From NCBI GenBank assembly GCA_036337275.1, contig JAYZEM010000003.1, forward strand, positions 148,756-212,755: a stretch of 64,000 nt of DNA, in the 5' to 3' direction. Each line of letters opens with the position of its first letter. The stretch's first letter is position 1. This stretch comes from Bacteroidota bacterium. Its GTDB lineage: Bacteria; Bacteroidota; Bacteroidia; Flavobacteriales; BACL11. Positions 58,587 to 64,000 of the stretch are shown piece after piece. The notes beneath the pieces are model-generated. The model ran no database searches. It saw only the letters and a list, made by a program, of their open reading frames with translations, and was not told the DNA's origin. Both the position numbers and the translations under genes were made by a program.

Positions 58587-59567
58587 TTACTGCTTTATCA
58601 ATAAAAATTCTACTCTACTTGGTTTAATTTTTAGAACATCTGCAAAAGAAGGTTTTCTAGTTAAGTTTACGGTTAATTTACTTTTTCCTTCTAATTGACT
58701 TGCATTTACTTCAGCAACAAATAAAGATGCATTTAATTTATCATAATCAGCAAAAGCAACAGTAGTAATAAGAACTACTCTTGGAGGATAAAATTTGATT
58801 TTACAGTCTTTTGGTAGTTTAATTGCCTTTATCGGAACCTCTACTATCTTTTCAGTATATTTTTCTACTTCAAATGATAGTTGTACTTTTTGATGAGAAT
58901 AAGATATAAAATCTATTTTATTTAATCCAATTTCTTCATTCACCCCTTTTTGTAAATCATCAAAAACCATGTGCTCAGTTTCGACAAATGAGGTTTGAAC
59001 AAGTTTTTCTTCAGTTCCAAAGATAATGATACTATCAGGATAAATTTTGGCTTTATCTTTTAAACGATATTGAGCAGAAAAATCGAGATCTCCATTAAAA
59101 ATAACAGGCACCTTTTTGCTTTGTTTTTGCTGAAAACGCAAGAATAAGGTGTCTGGGAATACGGAGATAATTTTAATGTCAGAAGATAGTAATTTATACA
59201 ATTGCTGATGGTTTTTATTTACCACCCAATATTGTTGTGTATAATCTTTTGCACTACTTTCTGAGAGTGCATTTGCTGGAATTTTAAGAGCCTTGCTTTT
59301 GAAAAGATTATTGCTGAGTAAATAAAATCCAGGAGACCTTACCCTTAGTGAGATGCTTTTTTCAGGATTGTTGATCAGTTGTTTGCTTTCTGGAAGATTA
59401 GTGTATTCTACTGGAATAATAAGTGTCGTTTGATACTGTTTACTCATAACAGTAAGAAACCAAAAAACAAAAGATACTAATAGAAATACAATGTACTTGC
59501 TAAGTCTTTTATTCAAATGCAAGAATGTTATTATTCGCTTAAATAACGCTTGCATATTTTTATACAT
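58587..59567 (-). CDS. YbbR-like domain protein (membrane anchored)
   Basis: 326 aa with one N-terminal TM helix and then repeated beta-rich units. Its position downstream of yajC matches a gene order I recall from other Bacteroidota (nusB-DUF1573-yajC-YbbR-like). The assignment is by context and pattern only. Confidence 0.45.
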   Translation of the reverse strand: MYKNMQALFKRIITFLHLNKRLSKYIVFLLVSFVFWFLTVMSKQYQTTLIIPVEYTNLPESKQLINNPEKSISLRVRSPGFYLLSNNLFKSKALKIPANALSESSAKDYTQQYWVVNKNHQQLYKLLSSDIKIISVFPDTLFLRFQQKQSKKVPVIFNGDLDFSAQYRLKDKAKIYPDSIIIFGTEEKLVQTSFVETEHMVFDDLQKGVNEEIGLNKIDFISYSHQKVQLSFEVEKYTEKIVEVPIKAIKLPKDCKIKFYPPRVVLITTVAFADYDKLNASLFVAEVNASQLEGKSKLTVNLTRKPSFADVLKIKPSRVEFLLIKQ

Positions 59568-59858
59568 TTAGTTTTGGATTTCTGTTTGGGCCAGCATAGA
59601 AATTGCCGATCTTTCAACTTTCAATTTTCCTGCATTATGCACATCCAATACTACTGTAGCTTTACCAAGCTCAGAAATCTTTCCATGAATCCCCCCAATT
59701 GTAACTACCTTATCCCCTACTTTAAGTGCTTGCCGAAAAGCTACTTCTTTTTTTTGTTTCTTTATTTGAGGACGAATCATAAAGAAGTACATCACTGCAA
59801 AAATTAACATGAAGAAAATAAGTGAAGTGCCTGCTGTACCTGTTTGTAATAAAATCAT
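59568..59858 (-). CDS. yajC: Preprotein translocase subunit YajC
   Basis: 96 aa with one TM helix, then MIRPQIKKQKK...LKVGDKVVTIGGIHGKI. Confidence 0.85.
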   Translation of the reverse strand: MILLQTGTAGTSLIFFMLIFAVMYFFMIRPQIKKQKKEVAFRQALKVGDKVVTIGGIHGKISELGKATVVLDVHNAGKLKVERSAISMLAQTEIQN

Positions 59859-59860
59859 AT

Positions 59861-60349
59861 TTAATTTTGTGTTTGCTTATCCTTAACAATTACATTTCCA
59901 GTGATGGTTAACACTGTAGTGTTAGGAATTGCATTTGTTACTAAAGTAACCATTTTTTGTTGTTTTCCTTCTCTGTTATTGCTGTTAAAAGTAACTTTTA
60001 TTTCTCCTTCTTCACCAGGAGCAATTGGCTTTTTCGGCCATTTAGGCACTGTACAGCCACAACTTCCTTTGGCATTACTTATAATTAAATCTCCCTTACC
60101 AGTATTACTGAAGGTAAACTGGTGTGAAACGGATTCTCCTTGGGTTATTTCGCCAAAATTATGTCTAAGCTTTTCAAAAGTCAAATTCGGAAGTGGTCCG
60201 TTTTCCAACTCACTACTAGCTGTATTAGGATTATTTACAATGCTTGAGGAAATACGCTCCACTTTTTCAGTTTCTACTTTTTTTGCTAAATCATTACAAG
60301 CAAAATTTAATGCTAAAATAATGCTAAATATTATGCTTAAATTCTTCAT
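59861..60349 (-). CDS. DUF1573-like lipoprotein
   Basis: Signal peptide plus Cys (LNFAC). The body reads FEKLRHNFGEITQGESVSHQFTFSNTGKGDLIISNAKGSCGCTVP, a DUF1573 pattern. It sits in the conserved nusB-yajC neighbourhood. Confidence 0.6.
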   Translation of the reverse strand: MKNLSIIFSIILALNFACNDLAKKVETEKVERISSSIVNNPNTASSELENGPLPNLTFEKLRHNFGEITQGESVSHQFTFSNTGKGDLIISNAKGSCGCTVPKWPKKPIAPGEEGEIKVTFNSNNREGKQQKMVTLVTNAIPNTTVLTITGNVIVKDKQTQN

Positions 60350-60374
60350 CTTAATTTTTTTACAAATTTATAAA

Positions 60375-61319
60375 TTATTCTAAAAGGCCTCTTCCAACCT
60401 TTTTGATTTTTCCATTTTTTCTGTACTCACTTATCACTTTATCTAATATGCCGTTTATGAAACTCTTACTTTTGTTAGTGCTATAATATTTTGAAACTTC
60501 TATGTATTCGTTTAGTGAAACTTTTATAGGTATCTCCGCAAAACATAATAATTCGCATAAAGCCATTTTAATCATGATTTGATCCATAATAGCGATCCGT
60601 TCCAAGTCCCAATTTTTTGCTTTTTCAATTATAATCACTTCATATTCTTTATGATTCAATATTGTTTTCTTGAATAAATTTATTGCAAATTCCTTATCTG
60701 CTTTATTTTTAAAAGCTACATTATTCTTAGGAAAGCAACCATTTTGTTTGGTTGATTTTATTTGACTAAAAATAATGTTTGCTATAAATGGCAAGTCATC
60801 AGACCAAAAGATACTTTTTTCATCTAATATATGGTGTATAAGTTTGTTCTGAAACACGACATTATTTAAAATCATAAGTATAAAATCTTGATCAGAATGA
60901 AAAGAAGTGTCATTATTAGCAAGATGCTGCTTGTATATATCAGATTTCCAAATTTCAATGAATAGTTTTCGAATGACATTATGATCATTATTATGCCAAA
61001 TTCCTGAAACTTTCTCTAATTGTTTAGAAAGTTGTTCATCTGCTAGAACTAATTCAATTAATTGATTATTAACAAATTTATCACTAGGGTTTTTATCGGA
61101 ATCTGTAGGAAAATGTTTGTTTTTTTGCTCGTCTAAAAATACCTTGGAAAATTGTGCTAAAGCTGGTAGTAATGACAATAAAAGGAAATAAAGTTCTTTG
61201 ATGCTTTCGATTTGATGTAGCATCTGTTTTTCTGCTTTAACCAAATCTATCTCTTTAGATGTAAAGTATGCATACAAAGATTGCATAACCTTCAACCGAA
61301 TGTGTCTTCTATTTATCAT
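60375..61319 (-). CDS. nusB: Transcription antitermination factor NusB (extended Bacteroidota form)
   Basis: N-terminus RRHIRLKVMQSLYAY and a C-terminal NusB core (WDLERIAIMDQIMIKMALCELL...INEYIEVSKYYSTNKSKSFINGILD). Confidence 0.8.
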   Translation of the reverse strand: MINRRHIRLKVMQSLYAYFTSKEIDLVKAEKQMLHQIESIKELYFLLLSLLPALAQFSKVFLDEQKNKHFPTDSDKNPSDKFVNNQLIELVLADEQLSKQLEKVSGIWHNNDHNVIRKLFIEIWKSDIYKQHLANNDTSFHSDQDFILMILNNVVFQNKLIHHILDEKSIFWSDDLPFIANIIFSQIKSTKQNGCFPKNNVAFKNKADKEFAINLFKKTILNHKEYEVIIIEKAKNWDLERIAIMDQIMIKMALCELLCFAEIPIKVSLNEYIEVSKYYSTNKSKSFINGILDKVISEYRKNGKIKKVGRGLLE

Positions 61320-61346
61320 CTTTAAGAACTTAAAACCAACTAACTG

Positions 61347-62429
61347 TTATGCGCCTAATCTTTCTTGAGCAATACCTATGGCTGCTTGATTTGTTGTAAC
61401 GCCATCTTGTTCTGCTTTATTCAATATCTCTAAAGTCGTATTATATATGTTTTTTGTTTTTTCTAACGCTATGTCTCTAGAGAAACCTTTTATCTCAGAA
61501 TAAACATTTATCAAGCCTCCTGCATTTATTAAAAAATCTGGGGCATAAATAATAGCTCTTTCCTTTAATTGATTAGCATGAATTTGCTCGTCTGCTAACT
61601 GATTGTTTGCTGATCCTGCAACAATTTCACATTTTAACCTAGCAATAGTATCAGAATTGAGGGTAGCACCTAAAGCGCAAGGAGCATAAATGTCTATTTC
61701 TAAATCATAAATACCATTACCTTTTACAATTTTAGCACCATATTTTTCTGATACCTCTTCCAGTCTTTGCTCATTAATGTCATTAATAAGTATATTGGCA
61801 TTTTCTTTAGCTAAATGCTCAACTAAATACTCTCCAACATGCCCAATTCCTTGCACTAAGATTGTTTTTTCTGCTAGGCTATCACTACCCCATCTGTACA
61901 TTGCTGATGCCTTCATGCCCATATACACCCCATAAGCTGTGACAGGAGATGGATCTCCACTGCCCCCAAGTGAAACATCAGTGCCTGTTACATGATTGGT
62001 CTCCATTTTGATATATTCCATATCTTTTGGACTCATATTTACGTCTTCAGCTGTGATATACCTTCCGCCCAGACTTTCAACAAATTGACCAAATCTTCTT
62101 AAAAGGGCTTCTGATTTATCTGTATTAGCATTACCAATAATTACTGCCTTACCACCACCTAATTCAAGCCCAGAGATTGCAGCTTTATAAGTCATGCCTC
62201 TAGATAATCTTAATACATCTTCAACTGCCTGTAATTCATTTTTATAGTCCCACATTCTTACCCCACCTAGTGAAGGGCCCATGGTAGTATCATGAATAGC
62301 TATGATTGCTCTAAGACCAGTTTTTTTGTCTCTACAAAAAAGGACCTGTTCATGTCCCATTTCGTCCATTTTATCTAAAATGATGTTTTTTTGTTGTTCG
62401 CTTACATTCAATCCGTTTAGTTCAATCAT
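61347..62429 (-). CDS. Leucine/valine/phenylalanine dehydrogenase family (Glu/Leu/Phe/Val DH)
   Basis: 360 aa with GPSLGGVRMW, the catalytic Lys region LGGGKAVI and the Rossmann motif VQGIGHVG. Confidence 0.8.
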   Translation of the reverse strand: MIELNGLNVSEQQKNIILDKMDEMGHEQVLFCRDKKTGLRAIIAIHDTTMGPSLGGVRMWDYKNELQAVEDVLRLSRGMTYKAAISGLELGGGKAVIIGNANTDKSEALLRRFGQFVESLGGRYITAEDVNMSPKDMEYIKMETNHVTGTDVSLGGSGDPSPVTAYGVYMGMKASAMYRWGSDSLAEKTILVQGIGHVGEYLVEHLAKENANILINDINEQRLEEVSEKYGAKIVKGNGIYDLEIDIYAPCALGATLNSDTIARLKCEIVAGSANNQLADEQIHANQLKERAIIYAPDFLINAGGLINVYSEIKGFSRDIALEKTKNIYNTTLEILNKAEQDGVTTNQAAIGIAQERLGA

Positions 62430-62479
62430 TTTATATGGCTTTTAATTTTTATTTCCCGCTTTATATTACAGATAATTTC

Positions 62480-62487
62480 TACTTTTG
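62480..62487 (+). promoter_or_regulatory. -7 box TACTTTTG for the downstream ABC exporter gene
   Basis: Perfect TAnnTTTG, 68 nt upstream of the TTG start at 62556. Confidence 0.4.
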
Positions 62488-62507
62488 AGCAGAATAAAAA
62501 CGGCCCG

Positions 62508-62515
62508 CAAAATTA
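62508..62515 (-). promoter_or_regulatory. -7 box (TAATTTTG on the minus strand) for the leucine dehydrogenase/nusB operon
   Basis: Plus-strand caaaatta is the RC of TAATTTTG. It lies in the loop of the 62491-62528 inverted repeat, 78 nt upstream of the ATG at 62429. Confidence 0.4.
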
Positions 62516-62555
62516 GGGCTTTTATTCTGTTTTACAAAATAAAACCTACTAATAA

Positions 62556-64000
62556 TTGAGACATTTAACTTTTTTAAATAAATATTTTTGGAAGTACCGT
62601 AATCTGCTAACACTTGGATTTATTTTCGTTTTTATTTCTAATGTATTCGCACTTTATCCTGCTGAATTTGTACGAAAATCATTTGATAATGTAAAAGATC
62701 TTCTCAATCAAACGAATGTAAGTACTGACACCTATTCCTCTATCTTGATTTATTATGGAAGTTTAATTTTACTTTTTGCTCTTCTAAAAGGTGTATTTAT
62801 GTTTTTTATGAGGCAAACAATCATTGTAATGTCAAGAAAAATTGAGTATGATTTAAAAAATGAAATCTATCAACACTATCAAGATTTGAGTATCGCTTTT
62901 TACAAAAAGAATGATACTGGAGATATGATGAATAGGATTACAGAAGATGTTAGTAGAGTAAGAATGTATCTAGGCCCTGCACTTATGTATGCAATAAATA
63001 TTGTAACTTTATTTTGTTTAGTAATTAGCACCATGTTGAGTATAAGCCCAACTTTATCTGTATATGTATTACTGCCGCTTCCAATATTAGCAATTTCAGT
63101 GTACTATGTAAGTAGTACGATGAACAAAAGAAGTGAGCAAGTTCAAAAACAACTTTCTGTGCTTACTACTTTTTCTCAAGAAGCTTTTTCAGGAATAAGC
63201 ATTTTGAAATCATTTAGAAATGAAGATAACTCAGCAAATAAATTTGATGAGCATTGCAAGGAGTATACGTCTAAGAATCTGAGTTTAGTAAAAGTAGATG
63301 CATTATTTTTTCCACTCATTATATTTATGATTGGATTAAGCACAATTTTAACCGTTTACTTTGGAGGGAAACAAGCGATAATAGGAAATATCACAACTGG
63401 TAATATTGCCGAATTCATTATTTATGTAAACATGCTATCATGGCCAGTAGCATCAGTCGGATGGGTTACTTCACTGATACAGAGAGCTGCGGCTTCACAA
63501 GAAAGAATAAATGAGTTTTTGAACACCAAATCGGAAATAATAAATTATACCCAGGAACAAACACCAATTAAAGGCGATATTGTATTCAAAAATGTGAACT
63601 TTACTTATCCAGAAACTGGAATAAAAGCTTTGAAAAACATAAACTTTGAAATTAAAGAAGGGTTAACATTAGGAATATTCGGAAAAACAGGATGTGGAAA
63701 ATCAACAATTGCAAATCTAATTTGCAGAATTTATGAGGTGGAAAGTGGGGGGATTTATTTAGGCGAAAAGAAATTAGAAAAACTTAATCTGCAACTTTTA
63801 AGAAAAGAAATAGGTTATGTTCCTCAAGATGGGTATCTATTCTCTGGAACTGTTGAAGAAAACATTTCCTTTGGCAGTGATCAAATAACTAGAGCTAAAA
63901 TTGAGCAAGTAGCCGCAACGGCAGAAATAACCGCTGACATAATGCGATTTACAAATCAGTATGAAACAATTGTTGGAGAAAGAGGAGTGCAACTTTCTGG
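62556..64000 (+). CDS. ABC exporter, fused permease/ATPase half-transporter (partial; C-terminus outside the window)
   Basis: Not in the ORF track. The frame opens after the TAA at 62553-62555. TTG at 62556 gives (M)RHLTFLNKYFWKYRNLLTLGFIFVFISN. In-frame Walker A GKTGCGKST lies at 63681, and the last codons VGERGVQLSG begin the ABC signature. It is a paralogue of 32364-34124. Confidence 0.8.
   Translation, partial: MRHLTFLNKYFWKYRNLLTLGFIFVFISNVFALYPAEFVRKSFDNVKDLLNQTNVSTDTYSSILIYYGSLILLFALLKGVFMFFMRQTIIVMSRKIEYDLKNEIYQHYQDLSIAFYKKNDTGDMMNRITEDVSRVRMYLGPALMYAINIVTLFCLVISTMLSISPTLSVYVLLPLPILAISVYYVSSTMNKRSEQVQKQLSVLTTFSQEAFSGISILKSFRNEDNSANKFDEHCKEYTSKNLSLVKVDALFFPLIIFMIGLSTILTVYFGGKQAIIGNITTGNIAEFIIYVNMLSWPVASVGWVTSLIQRAAASQERINEFLNTKSEIINYTQEQTPIKGDIVFKNVNFTYPETGIKALKNINFEIKEGLTLGIFGKTGCGKSTIANLICRIYEVESGGIYLGEKKLEKLNLQLLRKEIGYVPQDGYLFSGTVEENISFGSDQITRAKIEQVAATAEITADIMRFTNQYETIVGERGVQLS

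Noticed and set aside
59901-60383. A 160-aa ORF on the plus strand covering the whole DUF1573-like gene in antisense
   Set aside because: The translation is low-complexity and hydrophobic (LLLLLKVTFISPSSPG...) with no recognisable motif and no -7 box or start context. It fully mirrors a well-supported gene in a conserved nusB-yajC operon. It is a typical stop-free antisense frame artefact.

Overview
Low-GC (about one third G+C by eye), densely coding chromosomal segment that looks like Bacteroidota (Flavobacteriia/Cytophagia-like). Supporting signs are T9SS type-A and type-B C-terminal sorting domains, recurrent TAnnTTTG '-7' promoter boxes, no Shine-Dalgarno sequences, a fused E1 alpha/beta dehydrogenase and a long NusB. 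I support about 46 protein genes, 2 tRNAs (Leu-GAG, Lys-TTT) and one SRP (4.5S-like) RNA that the ORF track cannot show. Three more genes are missing from the track: a 40-aa FeoB-associated Cys-rich peptide and two edge-truncated genes (ugd, an ABC exporter). Most of the content is housekeeping: recR, recG, an AddAB-like helicase-nuclease pair, mtaB, lgt, truA, mnmA, nusB-yajC, aroK and dispersed branched-chain 2-oxoacid dehydrogenase parts. About 14 kb (22%) is taken by four giant T9SS type-B cargo/adhesin genes built from PKD, SprB, Ig-like, SBBP and choice-of-anchor-L modules. I saw no transposase, integrase, CRISPR array, reverse transcriptase or obvious horizontally acquired island. I cannot point to a clear-cut new multi-gene system. 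The most unusual things are: (i) type-B cargo genes that lack cognate PorP/SprF genes and share an unassigned ~88-aa module, one with an uncharacterised Cys-rich N-terminal domain and a tightly linked small lipoprotein; (ii) a GT2 fused to an internally deleted phosphoglycosyl-transferase scaffold; (iii) a Cys-cluster-decorated GT9 tightly linked to lpd; (iv) a 7-TM-anchored patatin; (v) an overlapping LtaS-like/lipid-kinase/SUI1 operon; (vi) a recurrent TAnnTTTG-N4-ATG architecture implying leaderless mRNAs. All family names come from motif recognition by eye and were not checked against any database.
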